From positions 6,758,001 through 6,822,000 of the forward strand of contig JBHGNT010000010.1 in NCBI GenBank assembly GCA_043228905.1: a stretch of DNA of 64,000 nucleotides, written 5' to 3'. This DNA comes from Azolla caroliniana. Taxonomy: Eukaryota; Plantae; Polypodiophyta. The notes under the pieces are model-generated. The model searched no databases and was not told where the DNA came from. It saw nothing but the letters and a program-made list of their open reading frames with translations. Shown here in pieces: positions 37,118 through 48,087 of this stretch; position 1 is the first letter of the stretch; each line of letters opens with the position of its first letter. The translations under genes were made by a program, and so were the position numbers.

Positions 37118-40100
37118 TGTTAATTATCCGGTCACTATTTTGTTTTGTTTTTTTTTAATAACATTTATTATTATTATTATTAGATAGTAATATGAAACAA
37201 AACAAAAGTTTTGTTTCTTTAGTAATTATTACCCTTACTTTATTCTTTAAAAGGGTAAATGTAAGTTACGTTTTTTAGTGAGTAAAGAAAGAAAATAATA
37301 ATAGTAATAATAATAATAAAGAGTAAAACAAAACAAAACGATCGTTTTTGTTTTGAGAGAGACAAAGAGAAGGTGGAAAGGAGATATATATATATATGGG
37401 AAGAGATGAGAACAAAGTATGAGAGCGTGAAGGAGAGTGAAGCATTGTGAAGCATAGAGAAGCTTAGTGAAGCTTGGTGAAGCTTGGTGAAGCTTGGTGA
37501 AGCTTGGTGAAGCTTGGTGGAGCTTGGTGAAGCTTGGTGCTCGACTCATCTACTCTTAATCTTCTTTCCATCTCCGCTACTCAACGTGAGATCTACACGG
37601 CTACTACTTCGACTTGTGGACATTCTTATCCGGGTTTTCTTCTCTCTTCTTTTCTACTATATGCTTGAGAGATAGTCTTATCCCTTTGGATTATTGTACC
37701 ATTCTTGTCGGTAGTATTATGCTACATATCTCTACATATTTCTAGTATATCTAGAAGTAGAACTTGTACTTTGTGTTGTATCTCTTTCTTGATAGTGGAT
37801 TGGTTTTGGACTTTTGTCCCGTGGTTGTTTCCCTCATTGAGGGTTTTTCCACGTTAAATCTTGTGTAATCTTTTTTGTGTCATTGTGTGTGTGTTGTTGT
37901 GTTCCTTTTACATTATAATCGAGCATAAAACGTGACGCGTGTTACACTCTTACGTGTCTATACCTCTTCAAGTGGTATCAGAGCGGAGGTTGTGTTTTTT
38001 TTGCTCGATTATAAATGGAGGCAAACACATCAACAATGGTTGTTTTAAATGGCACGAACTATCAAAAATGGAAAGGAAAAATGAAAGATTTGCTTTTTGT
38101 TAAAAATATGCATTTACCTATATTTGCAAAAATTAAACCCGAAAAGAAAAATAATGAGGAGTGGGATTTTGAAAATGAACAAGTATGTGCTTTCATTCGA
38201 CAATGGGTAGGAGATAATGTCTTGAATCATATTGTGAATGAAACAAATGCAAAGACTTTGTGGAATAAATTAGAAACCTTATATGCTTCTAGAACCGGTA
38301 ACAATAAGTTGTTTTTACTTAAACAAGCAATGCATTTGACTTATAAAGAAAATAAGTCGGTTTTAGATCATTTAAATGAGTTTCAAGGATGTTTTGATCA
38401 ATTGTCTAGCATGGGTATAAAGTTTGAAGAAGAAGTTCTTTCTTTATGGTTGCTAAATACTCTTCCCGAGTCATGGGAAACATTTAGGGTTACTCTAGCT
38501 AGTGCGGCTCCTAAGGAAGGCATGACAATGGAACTTGTGAAGAGTGGAATTCTAAATGAAGAAATTCGGCGAAGGACGCAAGGAGCAACATCAAACATGG
38601 ACGCCTTCGTTGCAGAAAATAGAGGAAGAAGCCAAAAGAGGAGTGATGACCGAAACAACAAAGGTAGAAGTAGAAGTAAGTCAAAGTCTAAATATAAAGA
38701 TTTAGTTTGTCATTTTTGTGGTAAGACAGGTCACATAAAGAAATATTGTTTCAAATGGAAGAAGGAAAATAAGGTGTCGAACTACATGAAAGATAAGAAA
38801 AATGTGAATGACAATATCGATTCTGTTAATGTTGCTTCCTCTAATGATTTACTTGTTGTATGTACAAGTTACAATGAAGTTAACATAAGTAGCCATGAAA
38901 CCACTTGGGTTCTTGATAGTGGTGCCTCCCACCATGTTACGTCCAGAAGGGATTTTTTCTCATCTTACACTCCAGGTGACTATGGTGTTGTGAAGATGGG
39001 GAATGATGGATTCGCAAAGGTAATCGGCACAGGAACCATTTGCTTGCAAACCAACACGGGATCTAAGTTGATTCTACATCAAGTACGACACGTGCCCGAT
39101 ATTAGGTTGGATCTAATCTCCACAGGTACATTAGATGACGAGGGTTATAGTCATGCGTCTCAAAATGGTAAGTGGAAAATTTGTAAGGGTTCTATGATTA
39201 TTGCGAAAGCTAATAAATGTTGTCATAATGGTTTATATCTTTTGCAAGCTTCTGTCTCTACTGACTTTGTCAATGTAGTTGAAAATCAAGATGTTTCAAA
39301 ATTGTGGCATAAGAGATTGTCCCATATTAGTGAAAAGGGACTTGACTTTCTAGCAAAAAAGAACGTCCTACCAGGTTTAAAAGATGTGAAGTTAGATACA
39401 TGTGATCACTATTTGGCAGGGAAGGCTAAGAGGGTTTCCTTTAAGCATTCTTCTCTTCGACGAAAAGGTATACTCGATCTAGTGCATTCTGATGTGTGTG
39501 GACCCTTGAAGGTAAGGTCAATGGGTGGAGCACTTTATTTCGTTACTTTCATTGATGATCATTCTAGGAAGCTCTGGGTTCGAATGTTGAAATCAAAAGA
39601 TCAAGTTTTTGATGTTTTTAAAGAGTTTCATGTTTTTGTTGAGAGAGAAACAGGGAAGAAACTGAAGTGTATTCGTAGCGATAATGGTGGCGAATACTGT
39701 GGATCTTTCGATGCGTATTGTCGAGAGCAAGGTATCAAACATCAAAGAACCCCTCCTAAGACTCCCCAATTAAATGGTTTGGCCGAAAGAATGAATAGAA
39801 CCTTAGTTGAAAGAGTTAAGTGCTTACTCTCAGATGCAAGGTTACCTAAATCATTTTGGGGTGAGGCTTTGAATACTGTTGCACATATCATTAATTTATC
39901 TCCTACTACCGCATTGCAAGGTGATGTACCAAATAGAGTATGGTATGGTAAAGATGTCTCTTATGATTATTTACGTGTGTTTGGGTGTAAGTGTTTTGTG
40001 CATATACCCAAGGATGAAAGATCAAAGTTAGATGCTAAATCTAAACAATGCATTTTTATTGGATATGGTCAAGATGATTTTGGTTATAGGTGTTACGATC

Positions 40101-42923
40101 CTGTGGGAAAGAAGCTTATTAGGAGTCGTGACGTAGTGTTCATCGAAGACCAAACCATTGAGGACATTGACAAGGCGGAAAGGTCAAATACCCCTTCAGA
40201 TGGTGACCTAGTAGATATTGAACCAATTCCTATGATGGATGATGATACACAAGAGAGTGCCTCACAACAAGAAGAGCAACATGAGGATGTTGTTGAGCCG
40301 TTGATTATAGATGATGCTAGTAATGATGTTGTTTTGCCAGAGACAGGTCTTGAGCGGGGGGAGGAACTCCCATTACAAGAGGTGGCAAATCAACCTTTAA
40401 GGAGATCTACTAGAGAACGACGACCATCCATGAGGTATCCTAGCTCTGAATATGTTTTACTCACTAATGACGGTGAACCGGAAAGTTTTCATGATGTGCA
40501 AACTCTTAAAGACAAAGATAGTTGGGTAGAGGCCATGCATGAAGAAATTAATTCTTTGAAAAAGAATAACACATTTGAGCTAGTTGAACTTCCTAAGGGT
40601 AGGAAAGCTTTGAAAAATAAATGGGTGTTTAAGTTGAAAAGGGGTGATGATAACTTTATAAAATATAAAGCTCGTTTGGTAGTAAAAGGATATGGTCAAA
40701 AGAAAGGAATTGACTTTGATGAAATTTTCTCACCAGTTGTGAAATTAAGTTCAATACGAATTGTGTTAGGTTTGGTAGCTAGTTTAAACCTTGAACTTGA
40801 ACAACTAGATGTGAAAACTGCTTTTTTACATGGTGACTTAAACGAGGAAATATACATGGAACAACCGGAGGGTTTTAAAGAGAAAGGGAAAGAACATTTG
40901 GTATGTAGGTTGAAAAAGAGTCTCTATGGCCTAAAACAAGCACCGCGCCAATGGTATAAAAAGTTTGATTCTTTTATGGTGAATCAAGGTTATAAAAGAA
41001 CTAATGTGGACCATTGTGTGTATGTTAAACAATTTGAGGATGGTAATTTTATTATACTTCTTTTGTATGTTGATGATATGCTAATTGTTGGGCAAGACCT
41101 AAATATGATTAATAGGTTAAAAGTGGAGTTATCTAAGACTTTTGACATGAAAGATTTAGGGCCTTCTAAGCACATTTTAGGTATGCAAATAACTCGTGAT
41201 AGAGAATCAAAGAAATTGTGGCTTTCACAAGAAACATACATAGAAAGAATCCTCGAAAGGTTCAACATGCAACATTCGAAACCAGTAAGTACTCCCCTTG
41301 CCACTCACTTTAAATTGAGTAGGAAATATTGTCCAGTTACCGAGGAGGAAAGAGATGAGATGTCATCGATTCCCTATGCCTCGGCGGTTGGATCTTTAAT
41401 GTATGCTATGGTTAGCACACGACCAGATATTGCACACGCAGTTGGTACAGTGAGTAGGTATCTCTCTAACCCTGGTAAATCTCATTGGAATGCTGTAAAA
41501 TGGATTCTACGGTATTTGAGAGGTACATCTAAGTTGTGCATTTGTTTTGGAGGTTCTAAACCAATTCTTGAAGGCTTTACAGATGCGGACATGGCTGGAG
41601 ATCTTGATGGTAGGAAATCGACATCCGGTTTCTTATTTACTTTTGCAGGGGGAGCTATATCATGGCAATCCAAATTGCAAAAGTGTGTTGCCTTGTCCAC
41701 TACGGAAGCTGAATACATTGTGGCAACTGAGGCTGGCAAAGAAATGCTTTGGATGAAAAGGTTTCTTTTAGAATTGGGTTTGAGCCAATTAACTTATGTG
41801 GTTTTTTGTGACAGTCAAAGTGCAATGGACCTAAGCAAGAACTCAATGTATCACTCACGAACAAAACATATTGATGTGAGGTATCATTGGTTACGATTAG
41901 CTATCGAGGAGCAAAAGTTGCAACTAGAGAAAGTTCACACTGATGACAACGTTGCTGACATGCTAACAAAGGTGGTTCCAAGGGAGAAGCTTGAGCTATG
42001 TGCCAAGCTTGCCGGAATGGAGATGAATTGAGACACAAGCAATTCTCTCCTTGTGTGACCGGAGGGGGAGATTGTTAATTATCCGGTCACTATTTTGTTT
42101 TGTTTTTTTTTAATAACATTTATTATTATTATTATTAGATAGTAATATGAAACAAAACAAAAGTTTTGTTTCTTTAGTAATTATTACCCTTACTTTATTC
42201 TTTAAAAGGGTAAATGTAAGTTACGTTTTTTAGTGAGTAAAGAAAGAAAATAATAATAGTAATAATAATAATAAAGAGTAAAACAAAACAAAACGACCGT
42301 TTTTGTTTTGAGAGAGACAAAGAGAAGGTGGAAAGGAGATATATATATATGGGAAGAGATGAGAACAAAGTATGAGAGCGTGAAGGAGAGTGAAGCATTG
42401 TGAAGCATAGAGAAGCTTAGTGAAGCTTGGTGAAGCTTGGTGAAGCTTGGTGAAGCTTGGTGAAGCTTGGTGGAGCTTGGTGAAGCTTGGTGCTCGACTC
42501 ATCTACTCTTAATCTTCTTTCCATCTCCGCTACTCAACGTGAGATCTACACGGCTACTACTTCGACTTGTGGACATTCTTATCCGGGTTTTCTTCTCTCT
42601 TCTTTTCTACTATATGCTTGAGAGATAGTCTTATCCCTTTGGATTATTGTACCATTCTTGTCGGTAGTATTATGCTACATATCTCTACATATTTCTAGTA
42701 TATCTAGAAGTAGAACTTGTACTTTGTGTTGTATCTCTTTCTTGATAGTGGATTGGTTTTGGACTTTTGTCCTGTGGTTGTTTCCCTCATTGAGGGTTTT
42801 TCCACGTTAAATCTTGTGTAATCTTTTTTGTGTCATTGTGTGTGTGTTGTTGTGTTCCTTTTACATTATAATCGAGCATAAAACGTGACGCGTGTTACAC
42901 TCTTACGTGTCTATACCTCTTCA
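37118..42923 (+). mobile_element. Young full-length Ty1/Copia (Tork-like), AT-rich, nested in the Gypsy integrase
   Basis: LTRs at 37118-37970 and 42073-42923 (two substitutions and one AT-repeat indel seen). Perfect TSD CGGAC. PBS TGGTATCAGAGC at 37973 and PPT GGAGGGGGAG. Confidence 0.97.
38015..42031 (+). CDS. Copia Gag-Pol polyprotein, 1338 aa
   Basis: Open ORF with CHFCGKTGHIKKYC, LDSGAS, SDNGGEY, LLYVDDML and STTEAEY. The integrase zinc finger reads CDHY rather than CxxC. Confidence 0.95.
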   Translation: MEANTSTMVVLNGTNYQKWKGKMKDLLFVKNMHLPIFAKIKPEKKNNEEWDFENEQVCAFIRQWVGDNVLNHIVNETNAKTLWNKLETLYASRTGNNKLFLLKQAMHLTYKENKSVLDHLNEFQGCFDQLSSMGIKFEEEVLSLWLLNTLPESWETFRVTLASAAPKEGMTMELVKSGILNEEIRRRTQGATSNMDAFVAENRGRSQKRSDDRNNKGRSRSKSKSKYKDLVCHFCGKTGHIKKYCFKWKKENKVSNYMKDKKNVNDNIDSVNVASSNDLLVVCTSYNEVNISSHETTWVLDSGASHHVTSRRDFFSSYTPGDYGVVKMGNDGFAKVIGTGTICLQTNTGSKLILHQVRHVPDIRLDLISTGTLDDEGYSHASQNGKWKICKGSMIIAKANKCCHNGLYLLQASVSTDFVNVVENQDVSKLWHKRLSHISEKGLDFLAKKNVLPGLKDVKLDTCDHYLAGKAKRVSFKHSSLRRKGILDLVHSDVCGPLKVRSMGGALYFVTFIDDHSRKLWVRMLKSKDQVFDVFKEFHVFVERETGKKLKCIRSDNGGEYCGSFDAYCREQGIKHQRTPPKTPQLNGLAERMNRTLVERVKCLLSDARLPKSFWGEALNTVAHIINLSPTTALQGDVPNRVWYGKDVSYDYLRVFGCKCFVHIPKDERSKLDAKSKQCIFIGYGQDDFGYRCYDPVGKKLIRSRDVVFIEDQTIEDIDKAERSNTPSDGDLVDIEPIPMMDDDTQESASQQEEQHEDVVEPLIIDDASNDVVLPETGLERGEELPLQEVANQPLRRSTRERRPSMRYPSSEYVLLTNDGEPESFHDVQTLKDKDSWVEAMHEEINSLKKNNTFELVELPKGRKALKNKWVFKLKRGDDNFIKYKARLVVKGYGQKKGIDFDEIFSPVVKLSSIRIVLGLVASLNLELEQLDVKTAFLHGDLNEEIYMEQPEGFKEKGKEHLVCRLKKSLYGLKQAPRQWYKKFDSFMVNQGYKRTNVDHCVYVKQFEDGNFIILLLYVDDMLIVGQDLNMINRLKVELSKTFDMKDLGPSKHILGMQITRDRESKKLWLSQETYIERILERFNMQHSKPVSTPLATHFKLSRKYCPVTEEERDEMSSIPYASAVGSLMYAMVSTRPDIAHAVGTVSRYLSNPGKSHWNAVKWILRYLRGTSKLCICFGGSKPILEGFTDADMAGDLDGRKSTSGFLFTFAGGAISWQSKLQKCVALSTTEAEYIVATEAGKEMLWMKRFLLELGLSQLTYVVFCDSQSAMDLSKNSMYHSRTKHIDVRYHWLRLAIEEQKLQLEKVHTDDNVADMLTKVVPREKLELCAKLAGMEMN

Positions 42924-44884
42924 CGGACAAGCACCGGTAATGCCAACGGAAACCGCGATCGCGACATGGACAGTGCTACCGTGGAAGGAAGAGATGAGTT
43001 GGGAAGAACTACTAGCGGTCTGGATACGACAACTAGAGGGAAGACCCGAAGACGTAGCAGAAGCAATGCGCCAACAACAAGAAGCGCGATTCCAGAATAA
43101 AAGCCGGTTCGACACAAAGCACCGACTACGACCGTGGAAGATTGAAGAAGGAGATTGGGTGATTGTCTACGACAGTAGTTTGGATCATCAACATACAACG
43201 ATGCGGAAGTTCGCGAAAAGGTGGTACGGGCCATATGAGGTTCGGGAAGTTTTCGACAACGGAACTTACCGACTATGCGAGTTGGATGGAACGATGCTAC
43301 GAGTGCCTATAGCCGGGAAACAGGTGAAGATTTTCAAGAAGCGGACTGATGAAGAACCCTATGTGATCCTAGGCAAGACCGATAAGAAGGAGCAATCAGA
43401 CGAAGATCGCGGTGATGCGGAAAGCGAAGAAAGTGGATTACAACTCATAGTCGACTTAAGGGGAGAATCGGAGGAAGCTTCGGATGAAGGTGAATAGCAA
43501 GCATCGGGGACTTTGGCACATACCGGAGGATGTGCGGGTTCGGAGGGGGTGAGTGTCGTAGTGGGAATCACACACTACGTGAAATATGTAAAATACTATA
43601 TCCGATTTAAAGTACGTATAATAAATAAAATAAAATATTAAAATATATTTATTACATGCATAGGGCAAGATCCAAACCCTATACCTCCATGTACACAAAC
43701 CCCAACCTTACCATTGTACTAACTTATCCTAAGTGTTCTAAATATAGATTTAATACGTATAATACCTTTATTTATGCCTACCTTTATTAAAAGGTAAGTC
43801 ATGCATTTTAAAAAAAATGCATGAATACTTTATTTATAAGAAAAATGTACACCAATAAAAAATGACTCATGCACATCTGACGAGCATGAGCACTATATTT
43901 AGGAAATAAAAGCATAGTGTAAAAAGGCAACTCATGCACATTTAGTGTGCATGAACACTTTAGAAAAAGCATGACGCTATGCTTAGCCTCTTCTATCCTT
44001 ATATAAGGAGGAGAGAATGATGTATGGGGGTTGTTGATTATTTTACAAGGGTTGATTAATATAATATATTTGTGGGATTCACGAATTTGCTAACTATTTT
44101 TCACTCTTAATCTAAGTACTCACTAATACACTATACTCATGGGATTCACGAGTTTTTCATATATTTCTTTCTTACAATATATTTCATATTCTTAATTGCC
44201 TTAGAATTTTCTTTTCTCCTAGTCCAAAACCTCAGTGGTTCCCACCCGACTCACGCAACGATCCGGAGCAGAAAGGCACGAGAACGTTCAAGGACACGAG
44301 CGACGTAGTCGGCTTGCGATAGGAACAATTGTTGCTGATTCCGAAGCTGACTAATCTTTATCTTGAGAATGTGTCTTGGCAGACCGAGGTCTTTCATGGC
44401 GAACTTGAACCACAATTGTTGAACAAGATCGGCAAGCTCTCTGGCATGCTGACCGGAGAGGAGCATGTCATCCACATAGATGATGAAGGAGATGGGAGAC
44501 CCATCTCAAGCTGTTTTGGTGAAGAGGCAGTGGTCCTCATCGCAATTTGAGAAGCTGACCGATTGAATGAAGTCGTCGAACATCTTGTACCACTGCCGGA
44601 GTGCCTGCTTCAGGCCGTATAGACTCTTCCTGAGTCGGTAGACTACATGTTCCTGGCCAGATACCACGAAGCCTTTCGGCTGCTCCATATAAATTTCCTC
44701 GTCTAGGTAATCATGGAGGAATGTCGTTTTTACATCTAACGGAATCAACTCCAAATTCTCAGCTATCACGACACCGAGCATGAAGCAAAGGGTTGTCATT
44801 TTCATCGTTGGTGAAAAAATTTCATCAAGATTGACGCCATATTCCTGTCAAAACCCTTTCGCTACTAATTTGGCCTTCAATTTT

Positions 44885-45500
44885 GTTCGTCCACAGGAGC
44901 CACTTGCCCGAAGCTGGCCACATACTACAGGCCCCTTGCCCTGCATATATATTTCTCCCTCACTCATTGATTACGGAACAAAGTTATAGTTCTATTGCTA
45001 GTTGCCTACAAGAGTATCAAAAATAAACCCCAAGTCAGAATCATTACTCTTAAAGAAAAGCACCACAACGAGCCTCCATCACATCAAAGATCCAATTCGT
45101 TACAATGACCCAAAATGGCTTTAAAAGGCATGGAAGCTATTACTTCTCGAAGTCACCAAAATTGCGATAGAATTCTCAAAAGGAAATGTTTGATGTACCA
45201 AGTGTGGTGATCCCAAAGGATACCTAACCTCTTATCAAAAGGATCTCGTCAAATGTGATCGAGGAGGAAGTGTTCGAGTGAAAATCATGTTAAAATAAAG
45301 AGATGTAAATCATCTACATAATTTTTCAAGCTTGATAATTAAACCATCATTTTCATGGTAGGAGCTAAAATAGGATTTGAGCCTGTAATCTTAAAGGAAG
45401 AAACTTCATACTCTAGTCCATGTTCAAGTTTGATAAGGGGTGGAGGTGGTGTAGTACGATTTGTAATAGAAATTACTTGGCATGGTTCTAAGAGAGAACT
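44885..45500. repeat. Dispersed repeat copy B (unexpanded, no insertions)
   Basis: Homologous to 23720-25700. It abuts the point where the old Copia RT is truncated. Confidence 0.75.
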
Positions 45501-45502
45501 AT

Positions 45503-45970
45503 TGTTACGGGCATGCCCATATAATATCTCGTGGTAAGTTTTACCGTAGTATTCTATACATGTGGATAAAGTGTGAGGGTTAAACGAGAGTGTAAAGAAG
45601 GGAAGGATTACTTTTAATCGTTGGGATTGGGACAATCCATTAGGCCAAGTGTGAACTTGCTCAGGGGCCTTAGGTCTGTCTATAAATATGAGGCCTAACT
45701 ACCCTCATTTGATACCTTATCGACTACGTTGAGACTCCGTCCTTTTGGTGGGTCAACTCTTGTAGCGAGTGTGCCAATACCAGGTACGACTCAATGTCAC
45801 GACAGTGGTATGGGACACCGATCGAGGCTTGAGTCCATCTCGATCCCTTCGCTCGGGGGTGTTCAGGAGGATCGACATCCTTCTTTCTCTCTCCTCTCTT
45901 ATTTTTCTATCTATATTATCCTTATCATATGCTTACATTAGTAGTTAGCTCTAACAATTGGTATTAAAGC
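45503..45970 (+). mobile_element. LTR plus degenerate PBS of a truncated retroelement
   Basis: TGTTACGG...CTCTAACA (45503-45956) with CTATAAATA, followed by TGGTATTAAAGC (degenerate Met PBS). No coding region recognised downstream. Confidence 0.55.
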
Positions 45971-47549
45971 TTTTCTTTTAATGTTTCGTTTGTTGATTGA
46001 ATTTTTTGTTGGATGGCGATTGATCGATGTGCAGTCGACCTTGATCCAGAAAGGCATTAACAAGCCTACTTTGGTAACTCTTTCTTGATTTTTTTTCTAT
46101 TCTTTCTTCTCCCAATCTACTCATGTATAGTCAATATGTAGCTTTTTTTCATCGATTCAATTATGTTGTAGTGGTAATAATTGGTTGTATAAAATGTATA
46201 CATATGTGTATGAGATTAATACCTCATTTGACATATATTTGATATGTGATTTGTGTTGTATGCATACAAGGTTAATACCTCAATTGCGTGTGATGTTCAC
46301 ATACATATGTTACATATGCATATGAGGTCAATACCTCGATTTGTATGTAAATGATATGCAATTTATGTCATATGCGTAAGAGGTCAATACCTCAATTGCG
46401 TATTACGTTCACCCTTAATTTGGATGTTTCACGTGCGTAGAGGCTATATGCCTCGATAATGTATCTCGATTACATCATTCGTTGGCTATGTTATGTTACG
46501 ATTTTTTAATATATATGCCTATGTAAGCACGTGTATACGTATTTAATCGTATACATGTGATAAACATAAATATGTGTATATTAGTGTTTATTACGTGATT
46601 TTGGAATATCGAATGTTGTTCTTTTCGGGGGAAAGATTTGGTGGTCATCCTTTTTCAACAATTTTTTGTTGTTGTCATACCCGTTGGTCACTTCGATTTC
46701 GTTACGTGTTATAACAAAACGATCATAGCCACAATGATGTTGACAACGTAGGGCGTGACCCACTTGAAGTGAGGTCGCTCCTATGACACGCATCCAACAT
46801 CCCTCCATCGTTACATGGTTACGATGTCACCATGAGATCATCATTACGGAAGGCATTCGTAATGATGTAACCATGTGATGGGCCACGTGGGCCTACTACA
46901 AAAAGAGGGCTCGTATGGCTTGACCATTAGGTTGCACTTTGGGTTATGCCATCGTAATGATGAGACTTGAGGTTGGGTAACGTACCAACATAGTTGGGTA
47001 AAAGCATGCGAGTGGAAACACTATTATAGCTAATTAGCTACTAAAATGGCCATAGCTAATTAGCTATTTGTTTAGTTAGTCTTTTTTGTGGGAAAATCAA
47101 ATATTTGAAAAACTAATTTATGAAAAAACTCAAATATTTGAACTTCTGTTTCAGACATAGTGGAACTTGGGGAATAACACCATCATCTAAGGTCGACTTC
47201 AATGTCATCAATTTCCTGTTTAGCCTAAGTTTGATTTTGAATGCAGATGGAGTACTCAGAGCACGAACGTAGACGTAGCTCCCGCAACAGCAGAAAATCA
47301 ACATTGCAGATTGAGAGCTACAACACAGAACCCGCTCGATCATCGTCCAGGTATGTTTCAGTTATAGAAACCCCAAACATTTGTTTTTTCTTTTTGACTA
47401 CTGTCTGAACTTTGGTGCCAATTCATATTTCCCCAAAATCGAATGGGACGAAGTCCTTGGAGTCCCATACAAGGATGTCTCACAGATCGGGGAGTAGTAG
47501 CAGGTGTGTTTATATTACTTTTTTTGTATTTAATCCTATCTTTAGTGAT

Positions 47550-48070
47550 GATTGGGGTTTCTGATTGAAATTTCCGATTAGGGTTTTTGCTTATAAATTT
47601 TTGATTAGAATTTTTGATTAGTGTTTGTGATTGAAATTTCTTATTAGAGTTTCTGATTGAAATTTCTTATTAGGGTTTTTGATTATAAATTTCTGATTAG
47701 AATTTCTGAATAGGGTTTCTGGTTACAAATTTTGATTACATATTATAATTTCTGATTAGAATTTCTGAATAGGGTTTTTGTTTATAAATTTCTGATTAGG
47801 GTTTGTGATTGAAATTTCTGATTAGGGTTTGTGATTGAAATTTCTGATTAGGGTTTTTGATTATAAATTTCTGATTAGAATTTCTGAATAGGTTTCTGGT
47901 TACAAACTTCTGATTACAGATTTTGATTAGGGTTTCTGATTTCAAATTTCTGAATACAAATTATGATTAGGGTTTCTGATTTGATAAGTTAAAGATTTTG
48001 CACTATTTCTGTTGTTGTTGATTGGGGTTTCTGATTCTGACATATTCTGATTTTGCACTATTTCTGATTT
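47550..48070. repeat. Degenerate TTTCTGATTAGGG / GATTGAAA minisatellite in a probable 5' intron
   Basis: Many copies of (A)AATTTCTGATTAGGGTTT. The tract ends at acceptor TTTCAG (48087), immediately before ATG 48088. Confidence 0.8.
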
Positions 48071-48087
48071 CTGAAATGATATTTCAG

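Larger units (their letters stand above)
34031..43497 (+). pseudogene. Gypsy gag-pol pseudogene (frameshifts, stops, RT N-half deleted, Copia in integrase)
   Basis: gag (FNGKDVSRYL, FLRAVD), protease LIDHGSEINL, an abrupt jump near 35360 to the RT C-half (LSSEKSAFG..VRRFLGAC), RNase H VDTSPTGIG, integrase AGHRG..CEKCQ..DRGE..ANGKI, and C-terminal WYGPYEV after the Copia. Confidence 0.85.
33263..44283 (+). mobile_element. Decayed Ty3/Gypsy element with tRNA-Trp-like PBS
   Basis: About 730-bp LTRs at 33263-33992 and 43554-44283 (TGTCGTAGTG...GGCACGA[C/G]A), visibly diverged. TSD (A)ACGT. PBS TGGTGAATCCGACGTGAA at 33997-34014. PPT GGAGGGGGTGAG. Confidence 0.9.
31283..44885 (-). mobile_element. 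Old, decayed, 5'-truncated Copia hosting nested insertions
   Basis: Probable 3' LTR at 31283-31657. RNase H end at about 31960-32085 (SKHIDVRYHFVR). RT/RH at 32700-33262 (VGSLMYAMVVTRPDIA). RT resumes at 44284-44885 (LDVKTTFLH..EEIYMEQP..KSLYGLKQ). The VLER|FNM reading is split by the Gypsy insertion. Confidence 0.75.

Noticed and set aside
37438-37540. (GAAGCTTGGT)n 10-bp repeat in the Copia LTR as a heat-shock element
   Set aside because: GAA recurs every 10 bp but the partner half-site is consistently TTG rather than TTC. Treated as an ordinary LTR minisatellite.
46894-46904. TACTACAAAAA as a CACTA terminus
   Set aside because: One mismatch to CACTA, no partner TIR in the window, and the transposase motifs do not resemble plant En/Spm TnpD.
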